Below, in pieces: positions 1-12,932 of a stretch of 64,000 nt of DNA. Every line of letters starts with the position of its first letter. Positions within the stretch are counted from its first letter, which is position 1. Where the stretch lies: contig OZ059899.1 in the NCBI GenBank assembly GCA_964057225.1, forward strand, positions 10,292,001 through 10,356,000, given 5' to 3'. The position numbers were made by a program, and so were the translations under genes. Source of the stretch: Auanema rhodensis (taxonomy: Eukaryota > Animalia > Nematoda). The notes beneath the pieces were generated by a model. It was given only the letters and a program-made list of their open reading frames with translations, had not been told where the DNA came from and made no database searches.

Positions 1-3000
1 AGAAAAATGTAATGTCAGCTCCATAGGTTTTCTCTTAATTTCTCTCATCACAATTGTCTTAGTTTTTTTCTCATAAGAGTTTCTGAAATCTTAGGTGAAC
101 AAGGCCGTATATATTTTTTTCTGGAATTCGAAAGCATTTGGGATGGAAATTATAAAGAAAAGAACTAGTTTTTCCTATTTTAAAACAAACAAAAAAAAAT
201 AAAATGAAAAAGATTGTTAGATATCCAATTTAAACTTATACATTTACTTCGATAAAGAGCCTATTAGTTTGAAATTTTATGTCTTACAGTTCTCCAACAG
301 AACAGACTGATCCTGATTTCTCTATGATTACATAAAACTCTCGTTTGATATAAAAAAGAAGAGGAATAACGTTTCCAGGATGTCAATGATATCGAATCTA
401 GTGATATTGTAGAAAAATGTAATGTCAGCTCCATAGGTTTTCTCTTAATTTCTCTCATCACAATTGTCTTAGTTTTTTTTCTCATAAGAGTTTCTGAAAT
501 CTTAGGTGAACAAGGCCGTATATTTTTTTTTCTGGAATTCGAAAACATTTGGGATGGAAATTAGAAGGAAAAGAACTAGTTTTTCCTACTTTAAAACAAA
601 CAATAAGAAATAAAATAAAAAAGATTGTTAGATATCCAATTTAAACTTATACATTTACTTTGATAAAGAGCCTATTAGTTTGAAATTTTATGTCTTACAG
701 TTCTCCAACAGAACAGACTGATCCTGATTTCTCTATGATTACATAAAACTCTCGTTTGATATAAAAAAGAAGAGGAATAACGTTTCCAGGATGTCAATGA
801 TATCGAATCTAGTGATATTGTAGAAAAATGTAATGTCAGCTCCATAGGTTTTCTCTTAATTTCTCTCATCACAATTGTCTTAGTTTTTTTTCTCATAAGA
901 GTTTCTGAAATCTTAGGTGAACAAGGCCGTATATATTTTTTTCTGGAATTCGAAAGCATTTGGGATGGAAATTAGAAAGAAAAGAACTAGTTTTTCCTAT
1001 TTTTAAACAAACAAAAAAAAATAAAATGAAAAAGATTGTTAGATATCCAATTTAAACTTATACATTTACTTCGATAAAGAGCCTATTAGTTTGAAATTTT
1101 ATGTCTTACAGTTCTCCAACAGAACAGACTGATCCTGATTTCTCTATGATTACATAAAACTCTCGTTTGATATAAAAAAAGAAGAGGAATAACGTTTCCA
1201 GGATGTCAATGATATCGAATCTAGTGATATTGTAGAAAAATGTAATGTCAGCTCCATAGGTTTTCTCTTAATTTCTCTCATCACAATTGTCTTAGTTTTT
1301 TTTCTCATAAGAGTTTCTGAAATCTTAGGTGAACAAGGCCGTATATATTTTTTTCTGGAATTCGAAAACATTTGGGATGGAAATTAGAAGGAAAAGAACT
1401 AGTTTTTCCTACTTTAAAACAAACAATAAGAAATAAAATAAAAAAGATTGTTAGATATCCAATTTAAACTTATACATTTACTTCGATAAAGAGCCTATTA
1501 GTTTGAAATTTTATGTCTTACAGTTCTCCAACAGAACAGACTGATCCTGATTTCTCTATGATTACATAAAACTCTCGTTTGATATAAAAAAGAAGAGGAA
1601 TAACGTTTCCAGGATGTCAATGATATCGAATCTAGTGATATTGTAGAAAAATGTAATGTCAGCTCCATAGGTTTTCTCTTAATTTCTCTCATCACAATTG
1701 TCTTAGTTTTTTTCTCAAAAGAGTTTCTGAAATCTTAGGTGAACAAGGCCGTATATATTTTTTTCTGGAATTCGAAAGCATTTGGGATGGAAATTATAAA
1801 GAAAAGAACTAGTTTTTCCTATTTTAAAACAAACAAAAAAAATAAAATGAAAAAGATTGTTAGATATCCAATTTAAACTTATACATTTACTTCGATAAAG
1901 AGCCTATTAGTTTGAAATTTTATGTCTTACAGTTCTCCAACAGAACAGACTGATCCTGATTTCTCTATGATTACATAAAACTCTCGTTTGATATAAAAAA
2001 GAAGAGGAATAACGTTTCCAGGATGTCAATGATATCGAATCTAGTGATATTGTAGAAAAATGTAATGTCAGCTCCATAGGTTTTCTCTTAATTTCTCTCA
2101 TCACAATTGTCTTAGTTTTTTTTCTCATAAGAGTTTCTGAAATCTTAGGTGAACAAGGCCGTATATTTTTTTTTCTGGAATTCGAAAACATTTGGGATGG
2201 AAATTAAAAGGAAAAGAACTAGTTTTTCCTACTTTAAAACAAACAATAAGAAATAAAATAAAAAAGATTGTTAGATATCTAATTTAAACTTATACATTTA
2301 CTTTGATAAAGAGCCTATTAGTTTGAAATTTTATGTCTTACAGTTCTCCAACAGAACAGACTGATCCTGATTTCTCTATGATTACATAAAACTCTCGTTT
2401 GATATAAAAAAAGAAGAGGAATAACGTTTCCAGGATGTCAATGATATCGAATCTAGTGATATTGTAAAAAAATGTAATGTCAGCTCCATAGGTTTTCTCT
2501 TAATTTCTCTCATCACAATTGTCTTAGTTTTTTTTCTCATAAGAGTTTCTGAAATCTTAGGTGAACAAGGCCGTATATATTTTTTTCTGGAATTCGAAAG
2601 CATTTGGGATGGAAATTAGAAAGAAAAGAACTAGTTTTTCCTACTTTAAAACAAACAATAAGAAATAAAATGAAAAAGATTGTTAGATATCCAATTTAAA
2701 CTTATACATTTACTTCGATAAAGAGCCTATTAGTTTGAAATTTTATGTCTTACAGTTCTCCAACAGAACAGACTGATCCTGATTTCTCTATGATTATATA
2801 AAACTCTCGTTTGATATAAAAAAAGAAGAGGAATAACGTTTCCAGGATGTCAATAATATCGAATCTAGTGATATTGTAGAAAAATGTAATGTCAGCTCCA
2901 TAGGTTTTCTCTTAATTTCTCTCATCACAATTGTCTTAGTTTTTTTCTCATAAGAGTTTCTGAAATCTTAGGTGAACAAGGCAGTATATATTTTTTTCTG

Positions 3001-6000
3001 GAATTCGAAAGCATTTGGGATGGAAATTATAAAGAAAAGAACTAGTTTTTCCTATTTTAAAACAAACAAAAAAAAATAAAATGAAAAAGATTGTTAGATA
3101 TCCAATTTAAACTTATACATTTACTTCGATAAAGAGCCTATTAGTTTGAAATTTTATGTCTTACAGTTCTCCAACAGAACAGACTGATCCTGATTTCTCT
3201 ATGATTACATAAAACTCTCGTTTGATATAAAAAAGAAGAGGAATAACGTTTCCAGGATGTCAATGATATCGAATCTAGTGATATTGTAGAAAAATGTAAT
3301 GTCAGCTCCATAGGTTTTCTCTTAATTTCTCTCATCACAATTGTCTTAGTTTTTTTTCTCATAAGAGTTTCTGAAATCTTAGGTGAACAAGGCCGTATAT
3401 ATTTTTTTCTGGAATTCGAAAACATTTGGGATGGAAATTAGAAGGAAAAGAACTAGTTTTTCCTACTTTAAAACAAACAATAAGAAATAAAATAAAAAAG
3501 ATTGTTAGATATCCAATTTAAACTTATACATTTACTTTGATAAAGAGCCTATTAGTTTGAAATTTTATGTCTTACAGTTCTCCAACAGAACAGACTGATC
3601 CTGATTTCTCTATGATTACATAAAACTCTCGTTTGATATAAAAAAGAAGAGGAATAACGTTTCCAGGATGTCAATGATATCGAATCTAGTGATATTGTAG
3701 AAAAATGTAATGTCAGCTCCATAGGTTTTCTCTTAATTTCTCTCATCACAATTGTCTTAGTTTTTTTTCTCATAAGAGTTTCTGAAATCTTAGGTGAACA
3801 AGGCCGTATATATTTTTTTCTGGAATTCGAAAGCATTTGGGATGGAAATTAGAAAGAAAAGAACTAGTTTTTCCTATTTTAAAACAAACAAAAAAAAATA
3901 AAATGAAAAAGATTGTTAGATATCCAATTTAAACTTATACATTTACTTCGATAAAGAGCCTATTAGTTTGAAATTTTATGTCTTACAGTTCTCCAACAGA
4001 ACAGACTGATCCTGATTTCTCTATGATTACATAAAACTCTCGTTTGATATAAAAAAAGAAGAGGAATAACGTTTCCAGGATGTCAATGATATCGAATCTA
4101 GTGATATTGTAAAAAAATGTAATGTCAGCTCCATAGGTTTTCTCTTAATTTCTCTCATCACAATTGTCTTAGTTTTTTTTCTCATAAGAGTTTCTGAAAT
4201 CTTAGGTGAACAAGGCCGTATATATTTTTTTCTGGAATTCGAAAGCATTTGGGATGGAAATTAGAAAGAAAAGAACTAGTTTTTCCTACTTTAAAACAAA
4301 CAATAAGAAATAAAATGAAAAAGATTGTTAGATATCCAATTTAAACTTATACATTTACTTCGATAAAGAGCCTATTAGTTTGAAATTTTATGTCTTACAG
4401 TTCTCCAACAGAACAGACTGATCCTGATTTCTCTATGATTATATAAAACTCTCGTTTGATATAAAAAAAGAAGAGGAATAACGTTTCCAGGATGTCAATA
4501 ATATCGAATCTAGTGATATTGTAGAAAAATGTAATGTCAGCTCCATAGGTTTTCTCTTAATTTCTCTCATCACAATTGTCTTAGTTTTTTTTCTCATAAG
4601 AGTTTCTGAAATCTTAGGTGAACAAGGCCGTATATATTTTTTTCTGGAATTCGAAAGCATTTGGGATGGAAATTAGAAAGAAAAAAACTAGTTTTTCCTA
4701 CTTTAAAACAAACAATAAGAAATAAAATAAAAAAGATTGTTAGATATCCAATTTAAACTTATACATTTACTTCGATAAAGAGCCTATTAGTTTGAAATTT
4801 TATGTCTTACAGTTCTCCAACAGAACAGACTGATCCTGATTTCTCTATGATTACATAAAACTCTCGTTTGATATAAAAAAAGAAGAGGAATAACGTTTCC
4901 AGGATGTCAATGATATCGAATCTAGTGATATTGTAGAAAAATGTAATGTCAGCTCCATAGGTTTTCTCTTAATTTCTCTCATCACAATTGTCTTAGTTTT
5001 TTTTCTCATAAGAGTTTCTGAAATCTTAGGTGAACAAGGCCGTATATATTTTTTTCTGGAATTCGAAAACATTTGGGATGGAAATTAGAAGGAAAAGAAC
5101 TAGTTTTTCCTACTTTAAAACAAACAATAAGAAATAAAATAAAAAAGATTGTTAGATATCCAATTTAAACTTATACATTTACTTTGATAAAGAGCCTATT
5201 AGTTTAAATTTTATGTCTTACAGTTCTCCAACAGAACAGACTGATCCTGATTTCTCTATGATTACATAAAACTCTCGTTTGATATAAAAAAGAAGAGGAA
5301 TAACGTTTCCAGGATGTCAATGATATCGAATCTAGTGATATTGTAGAAAAATGTAATGTCAGCTCCATAGGTTTTCTCTTAATTTCTCTCATCACAATTG
5401 TCTTAGTTTTTTTTCTCAAAAGAGTTTCTGAAATCTTAGGTGAACAAGGCCGTATATATTTTTTTCTGGAATTCGAAAGCATTTGGGATGGAAATTGGAA
5501 AGAAAAGAACTAGTTTTTCCTACTTTAAAACAAACAATGAGAAATAAAAAAAAAAGATTGTTAGATATCCAATTTAAACTTATACATTTACTTCGATAAA
5601 GAGCCTATTAGTTTGAAGTTTTATGTCTTACAGTTCTCCAACAGAACAGACTGATCCTGATTTCTCTATGATTACATAAAACTCTCGTTTGATATAAAAA
5701 AAAGAAGAGGAATAACGTTTCCAGGATGTCAATGATATCGAATCTAGTGATATTGTAGAAAAATGTAATGTCAGCTCCATAGGTTTTCTCTTAATTTCTC
5801 TCATCACAATTGTCTTAGTTTTTTTCTCATAAGAGTTTCTGAAATCTTAGGTGAACAAGGCCGTATATATTTTTTTCTGGAATTCGAAAGCATTTGGGAT
5901 GGAAATTATAAAGAAAAGAACTAGTTTTTCCTATTTTAAAACAAACAAAAAAAAATAAAATGAAAAAGATTGTTAGATATCCAATTTAAACTTATACATT

Positions 6001-9000
6001 TACTTCGATAAAGAGCCTATTAGTTTGAAATTTTATGTCTTACAGTTCTCCAACAGAACAGACTGATCCTGATTTCTCTATGATTACATAAAACTCTCGT
6101 TTGATATAAAAAAGAAGAGGAATAACGTTTCCAGGATGTCAATGATATCGAATCTAGTGATATTGTAGAAAAATGTAATGTCAGCTCCATAGGTTTTCTC
6201 TTAATTTCTCTCATCACAATTGTCTTAGTTTTTTTTCTCATAAGAGTTTCTGAAATCTTAGGTGAACAAGGCCGTATATTTTTTTTTCTGGAATTCGAAA
6301 ACATTTGGGATGGAAATTAGAAGGAAAAGAACTAGTTTTTCCTACTTTAAAACAAACAATAAGAAATAAAATAAAAAAGATTGTTAGATATCCAATTTAA
6401 ACTTATACATTTACTTTGATAAAGAGCCTATTAGTTTGAAATTTTATGTCTTACAGTTCTCCAACAGAACAGACTGATCCTGATTTCTCTATGATTACAT
6501 AAAACTCTCGTTTGATATAAAAAAGAAGAGGAATAACGTTTCCAGGATGTCAATGATATCGAATCTAGTGATATTGTAGAAAAATGTAATGTCAGCTCCA
6601 TAGGTTTTCTCTTAATTTCTCTCATCACAATTGTCTTAGTTTTTTTTCTCATAAGAGTTTCTGAAATCTTAGGTGAACAAGGCCGTATATATTTTTTTCT
6701 GGAATTCGAAAGCATTTGGGATGGAAATTAGAAAGAAAAGAACTAGTTTTTCCTATTTTAAAACAAACAAAAAAAAATAAAATGAAAAAGATTGTTAGAT
6801 ATCCAATTTAAACTTATACATTTACTTCGATAAAGAGCCTATTAGTTTGAAATTTTATGTCTTACAGTTCTCCAACAGAACAGACTGATCCTGATTTCTC
6901 TATGATTACATAAAACTCTCGTTTGATATAAAAAAAGAAGAGGAATAACGTTTCCAGGATGTCAATGATATCGAATCTAGTGATATTGTAGAAAAATGTA
7001 ATGTCAGCTCCATAGGTTTTCTCTTAATTTCTCTCATCACAATTGTCTTAGTTTTTTTTCTCATAAGAGTTTCTGAAATCTTAGGTGAACAAGGCCGTAT
7101 ATATTTTTTTCTGGAATTCGAAAACATTTGGGATGGAAATTAGAAGGAAAAGAACTAGTTTTTCCTACTTTAAAACAAACAATAAGAAATAAAATAAAAA
7201 AGATTGTTAGATATCCAATTTAAACTTATACATTTACTTCGATAAAGAGCCTATTAGTTTGAAATTTTATGTCTTACAGTTCTCCAACAGAACAGACTGA
7301 TCCTGATTTCTCTATGATTACATAAAACTCTCGTTTGATATAAAAAAGAAGAGGAATAACGTTTCCAGGATGTCAATGATATCGAATCTAGTGATATTGT
7401 AGAAAAATGTAATGTCAGCTCCATAGGTTTTCTCTTAATTTCTCTCATCACAATTGTCTTAGTTTTTTTCTCAAAAGAGTTTCTGAAATCTTAGGTGAAC
7501 AAGGCCGTATATATTTTTTTCTGGAATTCGAAAGCATTTGGGATGGAAATTATAAAGAAAAGAACTAGTTTTTCCTATTTTAAAACAAACAAAAAAAATA
7601 AAATGAAAAAGATTGTTAGATATCCAATTTAAACTTATACATTTACTTCGATAAAGAGCCTATTAGTTTGAAATTTTATGTCTTACAGTTCTCCAACAGA
7701 ACAGACTGATCCTGATTTCTCTATGATTACATAAAACTCTCGTTTGATATAAAAAAGAAGAGGAATAACGTTTCCAGGATGTCAATGATATCGAATCTAG
7801 TGATATTGTAGAAAAATGTAATGTCAGCTCCATAGGTTTTCTCTTAATTTCTCTCATCACAATTGTCTTAGTTTTTTTTCTCATAAGAGTTTCTGAAATC
7901 TTAGGTGAACAAGGCCGTATATTTTTTTTTCTGGAATTCGAAAACATTTGGGATGGAAATTAAAAGGAAAAGAACTAGTTTTTCCTACTTTAAAACAAAC
8001 AATAAGAAATAAAATAAAAAAGATTGTTAGATATCTAATTTAAACTTATACATTTACTTTGATAAAGAGCCTATTAGTTTGAAATTTTATGTCTTACAGT
8101 TCTCCAACAGAACAGACTGATCCTGATTTCTCTATGATTACATAAAACTCTCGTTTGATATAAAAAAAGAAGAGGAATAACGTTTCCAGGATGTCAATGA
8201 TATCGAATCTAGTGATATTGTAAAAAAATGTAATGTCAGCTCCATAGGTTTTCTCTTAATTTCTCTCATCACAATTGTCTTAGTTTTTTTTCTCATAAGA
8301 GTTTCTGAAATCTTAGGTGAACAAGGCCGTATATATTTTTTTCTGGAATTCGAAAGCATTTGGGATGGAAATTAGAAAGAAAAGAACTAGTTTTTCCTAC
8401 TTTAAAACAAACAATAAGAAATAAAATGAAAAAGATTGTTAGATATCCAATTTAAACTTATACATTTACTTCGATAAAGAGCCTATTAGTTTGAAATTTT
8501 ATGTCTTACAGTTCTCCAACAGAACAGACTGATCCTGATTTCTCTATGATTATATAAAACTCTCGTTTGATATAAAAAAAGAAGAGGAATAACGTTTCCA
8601 GGATGTCAATAATATCGAATCTAGTGATATTGTAGAAAAATGTAATGTCAGCTCCATAGGTTTTCTCTTAATTTCTCTCATCACAATTGTCTTAGTTTTT
8701 TTCTCATAAGAGTTTCTGAAATCTTAGGTGAACAAGGCAGTATATATTTTTTTCTGGAATTCGAAAGCATTTGGGATGGAAATTATAAAGAAAAGAACTA
8801 GTTTTTCCTATTTTAAAACAAACAAAAAAAAATAAAATGAAAAAGATTGTTAGATATCCAATTTAAACTTATACATTTACTTCGATAAAGAGCCTATTAG
8901 TTTGAAATTTTATGTCTTACAGTTCTCCAACAGAACAGACTGATCCTGATTTCTCTATGATTACATAAAACTCTCGTTTGATATAAAAAAGAAGAGGAAT

Positions 9001-9150
9001 AACGTTTCCAGGATGTCAATGATATCGAATCTAGTGATATTGTAGAAAAATGTAATGTCAGCTCCATAGGTTTTCTCTTAATTTCTCTCATCACAATTGT
9101 CTTAGTTTTTTTTCTCATAAGAGTTTCTGAAATCTTAGGTGAACAAGGCC
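1..9150. repeat. Higher-order duplication, offset 5756 bp (14 monomers): ~1-3395 repeated at ~5757-9150
   Basis: Rare variants recur at the same offset, e.g. GGCAGTATA at 2983/8739 and GATATCTAAT at ~2280/~8036. The ORF pattern at 264-2603 repeats at 6020-8359. Confidence 0.85.
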
Positions 9151-12100
9151 GTATATTTTTTTTTCTGGAATTCGAAAACATTTGGGATGGAAATTAGAAG
9201 GAAAAGAACTAGTTTTTCCTACTTTAAAACAAACAATAAGAAATAAAATAAAAAAGATTGTTAGATATCCAATTTAAACTTATACATTTACTTTGATAAA
9301 GAGCCTATTAGTTTGAAATTTTATGTCTTACAGTTCTCCAACAGAACAGACTGATCCTGATTTCTCTATGATTAGATAAAACTCTCGTTTGATATAAAAA
9401 AGAAGAGGAATAACGTTTCCAGGATGTCAATGATATCGAATCTAGTGATATTGTAGAAAAATGTAATGTCAGCTCCATAGGTTTTCTCTTAATTTCTCTC
9501 ATCACAATTGTCTTAGTTTTTTTTCTCATAAGAGTTTCTGAAATCTTAGGTGAACAAGGCCGTATATATTTTTTTCTGGAATTCGAAAGCATTTGGGATG
9601 GAAATTAGAAAGAAAAGAACTAGTTTTTCCTATTTTAAAACAAACAAAAAAAAATAAAATGAAAAAGATTGTTAGATATCCAATTTAAACTTATACATTT
9701 ACTTCGATAAAAAGCCTATTAGTTTGAAATTTTATGTCTTACAGTTCTCCAACAGAACAGACTGATCCTGATTTCTCTATGATTACATAAAACTCTCGTT
9801 TGATATAAAAAAGAAGAGGAATAACGTTTCCAGGATGTCAATGATATCGAATCTAGTGATATTGTAGAAAAATGTAATGTCAGCTCCATAGGTTTTCTCT
9901 TAATTTCTCTCATCACAATTGTCTTAGTTTTTTTTCTCATAAGAGTTTCTGAAATCTTAGGTGAACAAGGCCGTATATTTTTTTTTCTGGAATTCGAAAA
10001 CATTTGGGATGGAAATTAGAAGCAAAAGAACTAGTTTTTCCTACTTTAAAACAAACAATAAGAAATAAAATAAAAAAGATTGTTATATATCCAATTTAAA
10101 CTTATACATTTACTTTGATAAAGAGCCTATTAGTTTGAAATTTTATGTCTTACAGTTCTCCAACAGAACAGACTGATCCTGATTTCTCTATGATTACATA
10201 AAACTCTCGTTTGATATAAAAAAGAAGAGGAATAACGTTTCCAGGATGTCAATGATATCTAATCTAGTGATATTGTAGAAAAATGTAATGTCAGCTCCAT
10301 AGGTTTTCTCTTAATTTCTCTCATCACAATTGTCTTAGTTTTTTTTCTCATAAGAGTTTCTGAAATCTTAGGTGAACAAGGCCGTATATATTTTTTTCTG
10401 GAATTCGAAAGCATTTGGGATGGAAATTAGAAAGAAAAGAACTAGTTTTTCCTATTTTAAAACAAACAAAAAAAAATAAAATGAAAAAGATTGTTAGATA
10501 TCCAATTTAAACTTATACATTTACTTCGATAAAGAGCCTATTAGTTTGAAATTTTATGTCTTACAGTTCTCCAACAGAACAGACTGATCCTGATTTCTCT
10601 ATGATTTTATAAAACTCTCGTTTGATATAAAAAAAGAAGAGGAATAACGTTTCCAGGATGTCAATGATATCGAATCTAGTGATATTGTAGAAAAATGTAA
10701 TGTCAGCTCCATAGGTTTTCTCTTAATTTCTCTCATCACAATTGTCTTAGTTTTTTTTCTCATAAGAGTTTCTGAAATCTTAGGTGAACAAGGCCGTATA
10801 TATTTTTTTCTGGAATTCGAAAGCATTTGGGATGGAAATTAGAAAGAAAAAAACTAGTTTTTCCTACTTTAAAACAAACAATAAGAAATAAAATAAAAAA
10901 GATTGTTAGATATCCAATTTAAACTTATACATTTACTTCGATAAAGAGCCTATTAGTTTGAAATTTTATGTCTTACAGTTCTCCAACAGAACAGACTGAT
11001 CCTGATTTCTCTATGATTTTATAAAACTCTCGTTTGATATAAAAAAAGAAGAGGAATAACGTTTCCAGGATGTCAATGATATCGAATCTAGTGATATTGT
11101 AGAAAAATGTAATGTCAGCTCCATAGGTTTTCTCTTAATTTCTCTCATCACAATTGTCTTAGTTTTTTTTCTCATAAGAGTTTCTGAAATCTTAGGTGAA
11201 CAAGGCCGTATATAATTTTTTCTGGAATTCGAAAACATTTGGGATGGAAATTAGAAGGAAAAGAACTAGTTTTTCCTACTTTAAAACAAACAATAAGAAA
11301 TAAAATAAAAAAGATTGTTAGATATCCAATTTAAACTTATACATTTACTTTGATAAAGAGCCTATTAGTTTGAAATTTTTTGTCTTACAGTTCTCCAACA
11401 GAACAGACTGATCCTGATTTCTCTATGATTACATAAAACTCTCGTTTGATATAAAAAAGAAGAGGAATAACGTTTCCAGGATGTCAATGATATCGAATCT
11501 AGTGATATTGTAGAAAAATGTAATGTCAGCTCCATAGGTTTTCTCTTAATTTCTCTCATCACAATTGTCTTAGTTTTTTTTCTCATAAGAGTTTCTGAAA
11601 TCTTAGGTGAACAAGGCCGTATATATTTTTTTCTGGAATTCGAAAGCATTTGGGATGGAAATTATAAAGAAAAGAACTAGTTTTTCCTATTTTAAAACAA
11701 ACAAAAAAAAATAAAATGAAAAAGATTGTTAGATATCCAATTTAAACTTATACATTTACTTCGATAAAGAGCCTATTAGTTTGAAATTTTATGTCTTACA
11801 GTTCTCCAACAGAACAGACTGATCCTGATTTCTCTATGATTACCTAAAACTCTCGTTTGATATAAAAAAAGAAGAGGAATAACGTTTCCAGGATGTCAAT
11901 GATATCGAATCTAGTGATATTGTAAAAAAATGTAATGTCAGCTCCATAGGTTTTCTCTTAATTTCTCTCATCACAATTGTCTTAGTTTTTTTTCTCATAA
12001 GAGTTTCTGAAATCTTAGGTGAACAAGGCCGTATATATTTTTTTCTGGAAATCGAAAGCATTTGGGATGGAAATTAGAAAGAAAAGAACTAGTTTTTCCT

Positions 12101-12849
12101 ATTTTAAAACAAACAAAAAAAAATAAAATAAAAAAGATTGTTAGATATCCAATTTAAACTCATACATTTACTTTGATAAAGAGCCTATTAGTTTGAAATT
12201 TTATGTCTTACAGTTCTCCAACAGAACAGACTGATCCTGATTTCTCTATGATTACATAAAACTCTCGTTTGATATAAAAAAGAAGAGGAATAACGTTTCC
12301 AGGATGTCAATGATATCGAATCTAGTGATATTGTAGAAAAATGTAATGTCAGCTCCATAGGTTTTCTCTTAATTTCTCTCATCACAATTGTCTTAGTTTT
12401 TTTTCTCATAAGAGTTTCTGAAATCTTAGGTGAACAAGGCCGTATATATTTTTTTCTGGAATTCGAAAGCATTTGGGATGGAAATTATAAAGAAAAGAAC
12501 TAGTTTTTCCTATTTTAAAACAAACAAAAAAAAATAAAATGAAAAAGATTGTTAGATATCCAATTTAAACTTATACATTTACTTCGATAAAGAGCCTATT
12601 AGTTTGAAATTTTATGTCTTACAGTTCTCCAACAGAACAGACTGATCCTGATTTCTCTATGATTACATAAAACTCTCGTTTGATATTATAAAAGAAGAGG
12701 AATAACGTTTCCAGGATGTCAATGATATCGAATCTAGTGATATTGTAGAAAAATGTAATGTCAGCTCCATAGGTTTTCTCTTAATTTCTCTCATCACAAT
12801 AGTCTTAGTTTTTTTTCTCATAAGAGTTTCTGAAATCCTAGTTGAACAA

Positions 12850-12922
12850 GGCCGCGTGGCGCAATGGATAACGCGTCTGCCTACGGAGCAGAAGATTGTA
12901 GGTTCGAATCCTGCCGTGGTCG
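12850..12922 (+). tRNA. tRNA-Arg(ACG), copy 1
   Basis: Cloverleaf: acceptor GGCCGCG/CGTGGTC+G73; D arm GCGC-AATGGATA-ACGC; anticodon arm TCTGC-CT[ACG]GA-GCAGA; T arm GTAGG-TTCGAAT-CCTGC. A box TGGCGCAATGG, B box GGTTCGAATCC, no encoded CCA. Confidence 0.97.
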
Positions 12923-12925
12923 TAA

Positions 12926-12932
12926 TTCTTTT
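12926..12932 (+). terminator. Interrupted Pol III terminator (TTCTTTT) of tRNA copy 1
   Basis: T-run just 3' of the tRNA. The other copies have T7 here. Confidence 0.6.

Noticed and set aside
121-137. GGAATTCGAAAGC as an extra B box in the backbone
   Set aside because: It shares only TTCGAA and lacks the conserved flanking G and C on both strands.
125-480. Many 6-bp palindromes per monomer (GAATTC, TTCGAA, ACTAGT, GATATC, AACGTT, CAATTG)
   Set aside because: The count is not clearly above chance for 412 bp of AT-rich DNA. They are useful only as restriction sites.
275-565. Possible relic exon: TCTTACAG acceptor-like site and a plus-strand frame ...RFQDVNDIESSDIVEK...FLLISLITIVLVFFL...
   Set aside because: There are in-frame stops, the hydrophobic stretch is explained by T-rich composition, and I recognise no homology. 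A tBLASTx search would settle it.
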